DNA from: Schizochytrium sp. TIO01
Taxonomy: Eukaryota; Protista; Bigyra: Labyrinthulomycetes
Assembly (NCBI GenBank): GCA_004764695.1
Contig: SMSO01000034.1
Location: 3,472,001-3,536,000, forward strand
Direction of reading: 5' to 3'
DNA: 64,000 bases
Shown here: one piece after another, positions 35,091-48,993 of the stretch
Layout: each line of letters begins with the position of its first letter
How positions within the stretch are numbered: the first letter of the stretch is position 1
The notes under the pieces: generated by a model
Told to the model about the DNA's origin: nothing
What the model saw: only the letters and a program-made list of their open reading frames with translations
Databases searched by the model: none
Position numbers and translations under genes: made by a program

Positions 35091-38000
35091 TATAGGTTTT
35101 TTATTTTCAGTGTTTTGTTTTAAGTTTTTTGTTTTCAATTGTTTGATTCTTTGTTTGTTTGTCAAAGGCCTCATAGATAAAACCAGGCCTCAATACGCCA
35201 CGCATACATCTCACTCCAACGCGAGTTCGATTGCGATGGCGATGATCTTTACTCACTTCTCTCCACTCTGCGAGGGGTCCCAAGGCCTCTCTGCCTTGCC
35301 TCTTTTCTCTGCCCGTGCGCCTTTCTCTTCTCCCCAAAGCCAGAGCGCATACTTCGTCAGTTTCTTACTTACTTACTTACTCACTCACTTACTGAGTTGG
35401 TAATCCCATCGTCCGTTCTGCTCAAGAATCCGGAGCCCTCTCTTCCCTGCGAAGACAAGGGAGGCGAAACCAAACGTCTGGCTGGGAGCAGCAGCGGTCT
35501 GAGTGAAGCGCATAGGCAGCAGCTTCTGGAGCTGTCCGCTGTGGTGGCGAGCTGAGCTCTGTCCGCTTTCTGCCTCCTCGCGCTTCGCTGTCTCCTTCCC
35601 GCTAAGCCTCTTCTTTCTTCAGAGCTGGTACCATCCATCCCGCACTGTTTACACACTGTGCGCACTGTGCTCGTGAAAGAGAGAGATGCCTGCTTAAATG
35701 CGCTTACCGCTGTGAAGAGGTGCGTGAATGAGAGGTTTGGAGTGCGCTCATTGATTGATTCATTTGATTTGATTAGATTGATTGATGGATTGAATGATGG
35801 GAGTCGTTGTTTTTTTGATCACTGGAGCCCACGAAAGCACAAAACACAGACTGCTCAGTGAGACATGCGCATCGAATTGGACTCCAGCAAGGAATTCACG
35901 GACCTCGCAGAGGGCATCACGGGCGGCGAAATCGACCTCAGAGCAGAGCCGAGAGCCAATCAATGGGGAAGGGAAGAGAGTAGAGGAGGGGATTGGAGAA
36001 CAGAATACAAGAGAAGAGAGTAGAATAGACTAGAACAGAGTAGACGAAGCCAGGTGAAGCGAAGGAGTGGCTGTCTCCTTAGAAATCATAGAACTGGGTC
36101 GATTGTTTTCCATAAAATAACTTGAAAGGAATCTTTGCGTTCAATATCTCACCCTGGCTATTTGTATAAATAATTATATAAATGAATAAATGAATATACG
36201 TATATTATATATCATATAATACATGTCTTGAATCTGCTTACGCTCGCGCTGTTGCAGTATCTATCTCCACGAGCAATTTTCAGCAATAAACTCGAAAGAC
36301 CTCGAGAACGTGCTCTGTACGCCTAAAGTGGTATGTGTCCGTCGTCGATTGCCACTTTTGGGATATTCATGGTTCTGGCCACCACGTATCAACCAACTTC
36401 TTTTGAAGCCTTGCGGCTGACTGCTCAGTGGCACAAAGTGCGAAGAAGCGCACAGTATAGGAACAGCCAACGTCTCCCTAGCTTTTACTAGAATCAGTCC
36501 TCCTTCAGTGCAGTACACACCCCAGTTCAATGCTCGCTCTCTTCCGCCGCAGTTCACTCTAGGTTCTGTATTTCTGTGCTCATACACAGGTCGTATGTCC
36601 CACGTAAGAAGTCCTCAGGGCGTACTTGCGCTCGAAACTTGACTTCGAAGATGGACCTATGGCTACCCTCGAGTTGGCGGCGATGGATGAAAGGTCGAAG
36701 TGGAGGCAAGCTAGCCAGCTGTTGACAGTCATAGCGCAGGAACACCTCGGCCCAGCTCTAGGGGACCATCTGGCCACTCAATCCCGCGGCTAAAAATAGC
36801 GAGAGACCTTCCCAAAGACATTTTCGAAGAGCGTTTGCAACTTAGTGCGGCGTAAGAATAGAAGCTAACGGTGCGCTGCCGCACACGTACATAGCATAGA
36901 TACGTACCTTACTCTTCGACGCGTAGTGCGGCGAAACCTGCGGACTGTAATGCTAAATTAAAGCATATTGCTCAGACCGCCTTACTTTCAGATACTTTCG
37001 GGACAATCAATCACAGTGTGTTTTCCGGTTTTGCGCGTCGTTTGACTTATTGGTCGCTGTTTTATATTCAAGATCAAGATGGCGAGCCCCCCAATATGAA
37101 TAGACAGAGCGAAAGAGGAGGTCTGAAGCTTCAGGCCTCAGTTGATGACGCCAGGATTGATTAAAGCGATGGAGGAGCGAGGCAGTGGCCAGTTATGAGC
37201 AGGGCAGCAGTGCAACTTGGACCATCAATCGATTGGTGGCGAGCCTTCAAAAGTAGATTACCATTTTTGCTAAGCACAAATCACTCCCACAAAGAACACA
37301 GAAGGCGGTAGGACGTGGGTAGGCACCCTGAGTGCCACTTAGTTACTTACTCTCGTGCGGTCCCTCCCTTCCTTATGACTTCGTGCGTTAGCTGGCTAGC
37401 TAGCAGTAGGGCGCCTGGTGAATTAATTAACTCTTGTGAGAGGCAGACAGAAATCGAGCAAGCTCAAATCTCATGAGAAGCGGGCTTTCTTTCTAATCTC
37501 TTCAACAAAAGAGAGCCCTGGAGAGGGGATCAAAGAGCTAAGTAAGTCTTTTGGACTTAGGTTGGGACCCATAGCTATATTCGCAGAGCGGCTTCTTCGT
37601 GTCGGTTCGACATGTAGCTCGTCTTTCAAGTGGCCGAGAGGCGCGCTCCACCCATTCAGAGTCCGGCGGCTTACAGATAAATGCTCTTGCGATCTTGAAG
37701 AAGCTCAAACGGCCTATCGCAGATTGGTCAGAATTCGCAGCAGCGACTAAGGAGGGAGATAGAGAGATACCCCGAACGTCCAAGTACACTCAACGCAGAT
37801 GCCACGAGAAGATGGATGAATTAACGAACATTGATTTATCGTGGCGTGCTTGGACCCTCCAGACTTAGAAGCTGCCTTCGTCCACGCAGATTCATTCATT
37901 CATTCATTCATTTACGCACTCACTCGATCCTTCTATACGCAAATGAATCAATGAATGAGCGACCAATCATACAAACACGCGAACGAACGAACGCTCCGCC

Positions 38001-38223
38001 AATGCTTAAGCTCTTCGAAAGAGGCAGCGATGTTTCCTTCATCTGCCCGCCCTTGAATGGGCTGTTACACCAATTTACTCATTCTTCAATTCGTTCCTTC
38101 ATAGATACTTTGCACTCAAATCTCTCCATCCCTCGCACGTCTAACGTCTCTGTGTGACATGGATTCCTTCCTTCCTTCATACGTGGGATGAAGACCCCTC
38201 TGAGAAGTGCTAATGATGGCTGA

Positions 38224-38225
<2 letters not shown>

Positions 38226-38289
<64 letters not shown>

Positions 38290-38290
38290 T
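38226..38290. repeat. (CTTT)n microsatellite; another at 53284-53383
   Basis: Read directly from the sequence. Confidence 0.95.
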
Positions 38291-39666
38291 GCCTGGCCAG
38301 TGGATGGCCTGTGGCGGTCTGGCTCGCACTCGCATGCATGTTACATCACGTACCGTCGACTCTTCTTTTTTCTTTCTCTCGGAAGGTCTGCTGCGGCAGG
38401 CCAGAGAGATAGATAGCTAGCTAGGTAGCTAGGTGCTTAACGGGCCCCAGGAGTTTCGCCTTCTCCAACAAACTCCGAGGCGCTTCGGGTTTGGGTCGAA
38501 AGCGAAGAGAAGGCTTTTAAAGCTTCGTTAACGTTGAAGAAGGAAGCGCCTTTTTGAAATCTATCTACTACCTACCTACCTATCGATTTTTTATCTTTTA
38601 TTCTTTCTTGGTTTATTTCTCGAACTGAAAAAGCACTTCATCTTTTTTTCTTTCCCTTTTTAATTTTATTTTCATTATTTTCATTGTTTTCATTTTCAAC
38701 ATTTAAAAGAGTGAAAAGGAAGTTTTATTTTAAATTATAGTTAATTTAAAAGATCATTTGCTCGATCGATAATACTTAAAATTAAAAAATCAATCTCTTC
38801 AAAAGCTAAAAGCAAAAAAGCTGGCACTTTAACAAAACAAATTATTATTTAAAACATCATTTTCCTTCTTTTTGTATAAAAAGCGACGTGGCAGCGAGAC
38901 CGGCGTACGGGTACCCCCACAGCTTCTTGTACTCCGCTCGAACCGCAGTCACAGGAGGGCGGAGGAAGAGCTACAGTCCGTCATGGAGACCTGCGGAGCC
39001 CCCTTGGGGTGCGCGCAGGTCCAATCTTCCCGACCTGTAGCGAGCCAGCCAGCGATTTATCAATCAATCGACATCAATCAAGTTGTGATCAAGTTGTAAT
39101 CAAAGGAATAAATGATGAATCAATCAATCAATCAATCAAATTGAAATCAATTTGAAATCAAATTGAAATCAAATTGAACTCAAATTGAAATCAAATCATG
39201 AAGAAGCAGGCACCTCCGCAAAAGGAAGGCGAGTTCACGGAAAGACTTAGCTCAGAGTGTGCGAACGAGGTGGAAAATCAGGAAGGAAAGCCGAGGGACT
39301 CCTTCCTGCCCTTATGGCGCGGGGACTGCCTCGAGGAGGAGTTAGCAACAATGAATGAATGAATGAATGAATGAAAGGAGCCTGAGGGGTCGGTCTGTCA
39401 ATCAAGGCTACAGCTTCGTTCGACTCGATCGATTCGCTTCTTTCTTGTGCAGGAAAGTAGAGGACCTGCACTGCTTCGCTTCGCTCGCTTCTCTTCGCTT
39501 CGCGCCGGAGCTCGCCTCGTCGAAGATAAGCTTCGCGCGTACTCGTGCTCGTCAAGATCTTCCTTCTACAATGCATGCATGTCGAGTCGTGGATTGATTC
39601 GTTCATTCGATCGTTCATTCCATGGTTCAAGAATTCAAGAATTCATGAATTCATTGATCCATCGTT

Positions 39667-39703
<37 letters not shown>

Positions 39704-40241
39704 CATTCATTCGTTGTCTCGAGCCGCCGCTGATCGGCATCACGACCAAGCGCAGCAGTCGGCAAGGGCGAGACACGACTGCACGCAGCGACGAAATGTC
39801 TTCTGCCGTGCGTGGCACACACGAAGCGCAAGCGAGTCCCATCCAAGGTCAACGGAGAGACAAACCGACAGAGACATAAATACAGAGTCAGAGATACAGG
39901 TCCTGATGAACTGGGAGTGGAGAGGAGAGCAACGCGCGGATGAGCGATCGAGGCGAAGGAGATAATCAATCAATCAATCAATCAATCAATCCATCCTCTG
40001 CGGAGAAGAACGCCATGATCGCAGCGGTGACGATGGTGCCGGGGCCGTGATGGTTTCCAGGCAGCGCAGCAGGGAGACCGCCGGTGCTCCAGCGCTCAGG
40101 AAGGTCTTGCCCACGAGAGGCTGTCCCGTGGCCCTCGCTGGCGACCGCAAGGACGGGCTACATGTCCGGGCGAAGGAGGGGGAGGAGGAGAAGAAGAAGA
40201 AGAAGAAGGCGAAGCGCAGGAGGGCGGATCGACCAAGTCAT

Positions 40242-40277
<36 letters not shown>

Positions 40278-43148
40278 CGCTGATTGATGCACTTTGAGCG
40301 AGCGCAATTCTTGGTCAAGATTTGGTGAAGCCCACAGAAATGCACGCAGCGCACAGGAAGAGGGTGGAGAAGACCGGCGCCACCTTGTTCTGATTGTTGT
40401 TGTTGTGGTGGTTGTTGCTGCTGTTGAGGTGCATCAGATAATGCTGGTGTCTCAATTACATTTCGATTTGCAATGATCGAAAGATCCACGGCGGAAGCGA
40501 AGAAGACTAGAAAGCGAACAGGGGAGGATTTGAGCATTGAGTTTTGCAGCTATCCACCGTGATTTATAGAGATGCATACGGCGAAGAAGCCGCCCCCCCA
40601 AATGGTTCGTGAAGCACGCCGTCGAGTTCTTCTGTGGGCTTCGCGCCTTTTTTTGAGGTCGAGGCAGGAGAGCTTGAGTGATGAAACTGAAATTTGGAGA
40701 GACTTTAGATTGTAATAATAGCGAAGGCTGTGGAGGAGTTGGGGTCTCGCAAAGTCTGCGGTAATTGCCAATATGGAAGAAGAGTTTCACCGGCCACTGC
40801 AAATTCCAGCCCTCAAATTTGAATCTCGAGAAGAATGGATGCTCATGATGAAATTGAGGCAAGCAGCAATCTATTTATAGGACTATATCACCTTTCTTGA
40901 ATCAACTTTTTGTATTCACTTGCTGTATGCACTGTACTGCACTGCAGCGAGCCATGATTTGATTCCATTTAAATATTTAGCACATTTCTTCATCCAAGAA
41001 GCTTAGTTTTGGTTGCCTGTTCGCGATTCTTCTATCATCCTTTCTCATCCTTTCTGTGGAGTGCCATGGACGCATGCTCAGGATTCCCTGTATGGTTCCC
41101 CCGTGAAGAGAATACTAGTAACTCAATTCTCGGTAATCTTGAGATTACTGCTTTCACTTGAAGAAAGGATGGCAGAAAATCTGGACTCGAACGCGATCCA
41201 AGACGTGCATCGCGGCGAGGCTGTCTCATTCTTCTCGACGTGCCGCGGTTAACTGTTTAAAAAGGGAGTCAGTCTTCGAATATTGCGATCGCACTCAGCA
41301 CAAGAAGATACAATGTGTATGTGACAAAGATACTTTGTCAGGAGAGCAAATGTGACTTGTATATAATAATAGAAATTAAGATGAGCACGGTTTTCGCAAG
41401 GATACATTATCATATCTCCTCAATTGGAACAATCCAATGGCCATCTGTCCTACTTTGAATCTCTTTTTCCTTCCCCGTTGAGTTTGCGCTACTTGTCTGC
41501 TTTCCAAATTCTCCCTCGCGACTTTTCATTTCCAACTTTGTAATGGAGAGTTTGGATAAATATATACATAGTACGTGGGCATCGCCGCCGCACGAGTTCG
41601 ATTTAAGTAAATGTTCCTCCCTCATCAGCGGCCGTCCGCGCCTCCGACGGGCATTCGGTGTATTCCTGTGACGATTTGCTCAATCTCGCCAATCTTTTTC
41701 GCGCCAGTCGATCGAATTCGAAGTCCAAGACTGCTTGAGAGGCAGACTTTCCAGTTGCTGATTGGGTACGCGGTAGTTTTAACGCGGTTTTCGCACGACT
41801 TCTGTGCTGGCGAATCTCAATCAATTCGATGGCCAACTTGCTGCATTCAACGAATTGCAATTCGTCTGTTGCTTTTTTCGCAAGGAGTTCCGAGCCAGAA
41901 CAGAACAGAACGGAACATAGAACACAGAACGCAGAAAACAGAAAAACAAGCATCATTTGGTTTGAAAAATTAAGCATAAAACAATTAAAAAAGAAAGAGA
42001 AAAAGGAAATATTCAATCCTAAAGCTGATCGCAGAATTACATGTGGCCCTTTCCAGAGCGTGGCGGAATGAATGAATGGATGAATGAATGAATAAATGAA
42101 TAACCATTGATGGATTTCCAGAACAGAGGCAAACGAAGCACAAAGACCAGGCTGTTCTGGGTTGTTCAGAAGAATCTGTGGTGCTGGCTGGCTTGGTTGG
42201 CCTTGATTGCGAACTCGACTTAGAGGCGCGTTCTGTTTGGGCCATTCATTCTCTTGCGCCAACAACGGTTTTGAGACCTTCCTCTTCGACGGGTTTGGAC
42301 TTCCCAACCATAGAAGGGCGAGTGACTAAGAGAAGAGAAGTTAGACCAGTATGCTAACTAGTTCTGGAACCAGGCACGAAAGCTTTGGAAAGGAAGGCCA
42401 AAGGTACTCCGCGGAGCCCATTGAGACGGCCGTGCTTATGAAGTTATGAAGCTGCAGCGCAGTTTTATCCTCCCCATTCGGAGCCTTCGAGCAAATTGAG
42501 ATTTCTTCATATCGGTTCGTGTCCGAACCTCTCCACAAAGATTGATCGCCGTTCAAGACAGATATGCAATGCCGAGATCGGATGGGAACCCCAAAAATGG
42601 AATGAAATGTCACTGATCTTCATTCCCGAAGCTTTCTATGCTCTGCTGTCTATGAATGTATGTATATATGTATGTTTGTATCTTTTTACGGCGAATGATG
42701 TTGGTTCAATGAGAGTCCGAGCGTCAGCCAAACAAGGCTCTCCTTGCGCGTGGCTTTGGCGGCTGCGACACCTACGTTCTTCCAGCTTGCCACTATCTAC
42801 GCTCTTTTTCTCTTTGCGCTGCTATTTTTTTAATATTCATTGATTGATGTTTTTTAGAAGTATACAAATAGTCTGAAATAAGAAATTAAAAACGTTTTTT
42901 TTTTTTCCTCTAATCACCCTTTTTCTTTTATAAATAAATAAATTGCGTTGAAGAAGAAAGAGAAAAGAAGAAGAAGAAGTTCGGTTTTTAGATCATTGCT
43001 CCACCTGCGCTTTCAGGGAAATTAAAAAAAAGTAAAGTTAATATATTATTTATTTATTTATTTATTCTAGGAATGAAATTTAAGAACGAAACTTAATTGA
43101 ATAGAAAGTGTGACCAAAATAATGAGATAGAGCAGAGTTTCACTTTTC

Positions 43149-43196
<48 letters not shown>

Positions 43197-46100
43197 CTCT
43201 CGCTGAGAATCAGCAATTAAAATAGCAAGCAGCGACTTTCTTCTGGGAACGCCTCTTGTTCAAACAAGGTGGACCGCATGGCCTTTGCTTGAGCAGGCAC
43301 GCCAGCCATGGCTCCGTACCCCTCAGTACTCCCGACCCTTGGGCCTAGTTCTGCTTAAACCAATTCAGTTCCATATTCTTCAGGACACCACTATGCTGCA
43401 TGCTGGTCTCAGGAAGAATAAACAAGATCAAGAACAAATTCAAGATAGGGAACAGTATAACAAGGGGGTTCATAGCAGAGTATTAAAAAGTAAGAATTAC
43501 TGTTTTCGAATAAACTAAGCTCACTTTAATTTTAAAGTGTATATAGATATATATATAAAGTGGATTCTTATCCTCTGAATTTTGAAGCAAAGAAAAGCGC
43601 GAATGGGCAGAATCCGCCTCTTTCCAAGGCCCTCGCATCTGAGCCGGCAGCTCATTCATCGCCCGTTGCGAACCAAACGCTGCGAACCGCGCAACTGCCG
43701 TCGAACAGCCCCGCAACCGCTTACACGTAGACTTTGGCCAGAGAGCGGTCGCCCTCGCTTATCCTGCCGCTTTCGGGGTCCCTCAAGAAAGAAAGAAACC
43801 AACCCAAGCAAGCAAGCAAGCAAGCCACGGCAGGTCTAAGCACAAGGACAATAACCAGCAGAATAACAAGCACGAGAACAAGAAAAGATTACACCGCGGC
43901 TCGTCCCTCAGTGCGTATCGCGCAAACAGCGTCGCGGTTTTCATTGCCTTTCTCCTTCTATGCCTTCAAGATCTTCGTCATCTCCATCTTCATCGTCATC
44001 TTTGGCTTCATCTCCTCCGCTGTGCAGCATGCGCTGAGCGACCCTCGCAAAGTCGGGCGAAAAGGGCGCCCAAGGTATCGCAGAACGATTCTGGAGCTGC
44101 ATAGCGAATAAGCCAATCGTGCAGCTGGCTTCGGGCGACGCGGTGAGCGACGTCGCTGGAGCCCGTCGCGGCCCAGGACGCTCAGCTCATGCTGGACGCT
44201 CAGCTCATGTTGGACGCTCACGCGGACCCCTGTGCCCGTTTGAAGGTCACTCTGTGACAGCGGCCTCGAGGGGACAAACCTGAGCGGCAGAGCTTTCTGC
44301 TGCCGGGCGTGGACTTCGTGGAGAACTGCAGCAGCAGCAGCAGCAGCAGCAGAAGAAGAAGAAGAACAACAAGAAGAAGAAGAAGTATTACGACTCCCGC
44401 CAGCCAAGTGGCATTCCAAGCAGCAGCAGCAGCAGCAGCAATTCGGGGTTACAGAGAATCAAGAGGTGCTGACTGCCAAACGGATGAATGAATGAATGAA
44501 TGAATGAACGAATGAATGAATGAATGAATGCGCAAAAGACGAACTTTGATGGACTCTAACTCACCCCGCGAGCTAGGCGTCGAAGCGAGTGGATAAGCGT
44601 GGATCCGTTGCAGAAGAGCTATCTAGCTAGCTATTGAATACATTGTGGCAGGGGACGTGGGTGGATCTCTGGTGTGGCGAGAGCTAGATATTTTGTTGGT
44701 CCGTTCGCTCGTTCGCTCGTTGGTTTGTGCTGTTCTTGCTTCAGGAGGAGGGACTTCAGGAGAAGAGATCGCTTAAGTAGTTGAGGGCCATCTCGATCTT
44801 GACTATCATGGGCGCGATCCCCGTTCTTTTAAGAACAAGGTGAGCACTCCTCCCAAAACTGGGATTTCCACAGGGGCGCCTTTATCGTCCTCCCTTTTAG
44901 TTTACCCTCATAGGAGTCGTTTATTCAACAACAGGGAACTTAAGTCTATCCTGTCATGAACATCAACATTTTTGGCAATTTTAATTTATCTATATATTAC
45001 GTGCATTGATCTATCTATTTAAACATTTATTTATTCAATTACTTATTTACAAATGCGAAGTTCGAGATTCTAGGACTTTCCTTTCCTCCTCCTTTTTTTT
45101 TTTTTTTTTTTTTTTTTTTCAAATAAAATAAACCTCAAGTATTTATTATTATTTTAAATTAAAATATTTCAAAAAAAGGGGGAAAAAGGGGGAAAAAAGA
45201 AACACGCAATCTTCCTCCTCGTTCCTAGTAAGCCTCCATCCGCATTCAATGCAAATACAAATGCAATGCAAATGCAAATACAAATGCAATGCAAATGCAA
45301 TGCGATGCGAACACACTGACTGACTGACTGGCTGACTTATACGGCGCAGCGCAGGACGACAGCTGATCGAAACAGACGAAGATAAGATATCTATGCGTGG
45401 CATGCGCCATTCAGAAGAGGCATGGAGATGCAATGGAGACGATCCGGTGCATGGAATCGCCGCCCTCTTCAGAACCCTCCGCAGAGGATCTGTTTCGGGG
45501 TGCCATCAAGCAGAGGCGCGGAGCCGTCAGTCATGCAGCGCTCCAGGCCTGGGCCCATCGACGAACTGACTGACTGACTGCCTGATTGCTCAGTCTGTCA
45601 GTCTGTGTGACTGTCTGTCTGGCAGCCCGCATCGCCGCCGCCTCCAGGCCAGCGAGCGTACCAAGCTTGATCACGAAGAGCAGACAAAGTCAACGCGAAT
45701 ATCTCAGAACGAATGGAATGATGGATCCCCGTTCGCAGTGAGCGAGTGAGTGAGTGAGTGAGTGAATTCCCAGCTGTGCTTGTCTCGAGTGACTCCCAGG
45801 CCACGCTCATACAAGTATGTCCTCCTTGCGGGTAAGAGGCCGATAGCGAGGCCTAGCGATCGGCCGGCTAGCGATCTGCTAGATACGCTTAGAGGGCTCC
45901 TATTGAAAAAGTGGAGATGCACGTCGTTTGCGTGCTTCTTGATGGTGCTCATGGCGATGGGCGCCGGCATCGTTGAGCAGCGACGCACGTAGAGGATTAC
46001 TGGGTACGGTCGCTCTTTTTCAGTCTCGTGCAAGCACGCGATGGATGGGTGGATCGATCGATGGACGGATGGATGGAGAAAGAAATAGAAATAGGTGGAT

Positions 46101-48487
46101 CAGATCAGCTTGCGAGTTCGATTTTGGGGGTTTTGAAACTCTTAGGTTCATGCAGAAGTGGCGTCGCCTAGGACTTGCCTACCTTTTATTCGTAGCGACA
46201 CCTATGTTCTGACCGCTTTAGAGGAGAGTGAAAGGGAAAGGAGAAATGACCATTCTGGAACCCTTAGGAGTATTCCTATCTTGGTGTCTAATACCTGGAC
46301 CACTGAAGAAGCCAGGGTGGGAAGTTTTATGCGAGTTGTTAAGGAAAACAACGCACTGTTACTAGCTATAGCTAGCGAGTAAGTTACTCAAAAGGGTTTC
46401 AAATAACCAAAAAAACAGCGATGCTTTTGTTATTGTGCGACGCAAACTAGGCATTTATTTCCTGGCTCTTATTCCGCAGCCCCCTGCATAGCGGCCTCCT
46501 ACAAAGCCAAGTTATTTACTACAGCCACGGATGCCTAAGGCTCGCACCTCCACGGCCATAACCGCACGATCTTGGCCGGCCTGGCAGAACAAGCAGGCTC
46601 CTCTTGTTATTGCTCTTGCTCTTGTTTGTTCTTCTCTAGAGACAGAGGTGGCGCTGCTTTTGCTTGCTCTGTGAGCGAGCTCGGGGTTTTTAAGTTCAGC
46701 TGAGGAGGCGTTTGCAAGCACGCCCGTCTTCCAGAACGGGTTATGAAATATAAATGAAAAAGTTTATCTTGATATATACTTTTTAGTTTTTAGAATACAA
46801 TACAACACAAGCGAATAAAAGTAGTAGGTAGGTGATTGATCATCAAGAATAGCGGGTACCAAGGTAGTACCTGTAGCTAGGCGGGTAGTACTTAGATTAT
46901 AACACGCAGTGGCTTTAGTCAGAGGTAATAAGTTAAAGTGTTTGGAGAATGGTATAATTGCACTGGCTTGGGTTTAATTTATTTAACGCATGTTTTGAGG
47001 TTTTTAACTTATTGGCTCGACTGCAGGGAGTACTAAGGTAACAATTGAGCAGGGAACCTGGTTGGTGTGTGTTGGAATTGGGAAAAGGCCTTCAAATCCA
47101 GGCTTGGCAGATTGTGGTCCAACGCTGCACGGACCAGCGGCGGTACGTGATAGAAGCGTGGCGGAAGCGGGTGCTTCTCGATCATCTGAATTGTTTAGTG
47201 ACAGCCGTTCCTCGCGTGTCGCTCGCAGCCAGTGCTTTTTGAGGTATGCAGAGAAGTTGAGCTTTCGTTCTGGTTTCTTGAAAATACCGCTCTTTTCTCT
47301 TTACTTTGGCTAACGTCGCAAACTGCGAAACTGAATGCGAAAACTAAGGACACCACTCTGGTAATTAATTGGACAAACCCTCTTTTCTTTTTTTGAAAGC
47401 CTACAGATCGCGGTTTTGTTTTGCTGTTTGGATGTACTTTTTATCAGATTTCGAGTTTTCGAAAAGTCCTGCGAAAAAAAAGGAAAAGCAGAAAGAACTG
47501 CTGACAAATCCAAAGAAAGCCGAAGAAGCAATGAAAGATGAGATTAGCCGTCCATTGCATAATCGGCGGTGGCTTTTAGCTTGCTGAGCCAATCACCCGC
47601 TGGCTGCTCGCTATTTCTCTCAAGCCTAACAAAACAGGTCTTCCGTAAGCATTCCGCGGTGGTACACTACCACCAGTAAACCTCCTTTACCATAAATTGT
47701 ATCTGAAAATGTCATTTTAAAAAATAAACTTTCCTTTGTGAGAGCCCTCTTCGCATCTTTCTCCTTTCTTTTCCATTTTGTAAAAAAAACGCATGAAAAT
47801 AATAATGACCTAATAAAATATTAATACTAGTATAAAGACTCCCCTCGCTTTTAGTGAAATTCCGTCTCCTCCCATCGGCCTCCGTCTTCTTCTCTCAGCA
47901 TCTCTCACCATTTATCTGTTCAAAACCAAACAATCAGTAATATCGCACAGCAAAAATGCTTGACTGATCGATTGAACAAATAAATAAATCAATGAATGAA
48001 TCATTCAATAAATGAATGAATCAATCAATCAATGAATGAATCATTCAATAAATGAATGAATCAATCAATCAATGAAGACCAAGCTCTATGTTAGCTATCA
48101 TACCCTAAAAGCCTAGCTAGGTGAAAAATAACTGCGAGGGAACCAGAAGAACCGAGATCCCTCTGTCTCCAAGGACATCGAAGCAGATAGACGGACATAG
48201 ACAGACCTTGAGACCTTGAGACCTTGAGACCTCCAGAGTGCTCCCTCCTCCTTGTGCTGTTATTGTTGTCGCACTCGTGCAGAGTGCATTCGTGCAGATG
48301 CCGCCTGAAGCCGTGGCATGAGCCTGTCTGAGACGAGCTTGCATCGGCATGGACAGAGCGAGAGAGCGTGCGTGCGAGCTGGGACTTGGAGATGGCACCT
48401 TCGCTTTGAGCCATGAAGCTCAGGGCCTGGGGCGAGCTTAGAGAGCACAGACACTGAGCCAGATGGAGAGACGGGCAGGAGAAAGAA

Positions 48488-48993
48488 GACATAAAGAGAT
48501 AGAGACATAAGATTGATGAAGAGAGAAAGAGATAGAGACATAAGATTGATGAAGAGAGAAAGAGATAGAGACATAAGATTGATAAAGAGATAAAGAGATA
48601 AAGAGATAAAGAGATAAAGAGAAAAAGAGATAGAGAGAAAAAGAGAGATAAAGAGATAAAGAGATAGAGAGAAAAAGAGAGATAAAGAGATAAAGAGATA
48701 GAGAGATAGAGAGATAGACTCCTCACGTTCGGGTTCATGGGCGTGGGAAGAGAAGGTCGCCAGAGAAACCTGCGAAGACAACCGCTGGGGAAGTCAAGCG
48801 TAACGGCCAGGACAGAGGCGGAGACTGGCGAAGACGCGCAGGGGCACGGCTCGGCTCGATTCTAATCCATTGAGCTTGATTTGATTTGATTTGATTTGAT
48901 TTGATTTGATTTGATTTGATTTGATTTGATTTGATTTGATTTAAAAAAAGAAAAAGAGTTTGAAGCATTTGAAGCATTTGAAGCATTTGAAGC
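48488..48993. repeat. Purine-rich GATAAAGA/GATAGAGA compound repeat, then (TTTGA)n and (TTTGAAGCA)n
   Basis: Tracts at 48488-48718, 48877-48941 and about 48959-48993. Confidence 0.9.

Noticed and set aside
23251-43196. Long poly(T) tracts spaced about 9.95 kb apart (23251, 33210, 43153)
   Set aside because: Only two intervals, another tract at 45093 breaks the pattern, and there is none near 13.3 kb; likely coincidence.
43734-44111. ORF with a TM-like FVISIFIVIFGF segment
   Set aside because: The hydrophobic run derives from a TTC/ATC low-complexity repeat; non-ATG start and no other support.
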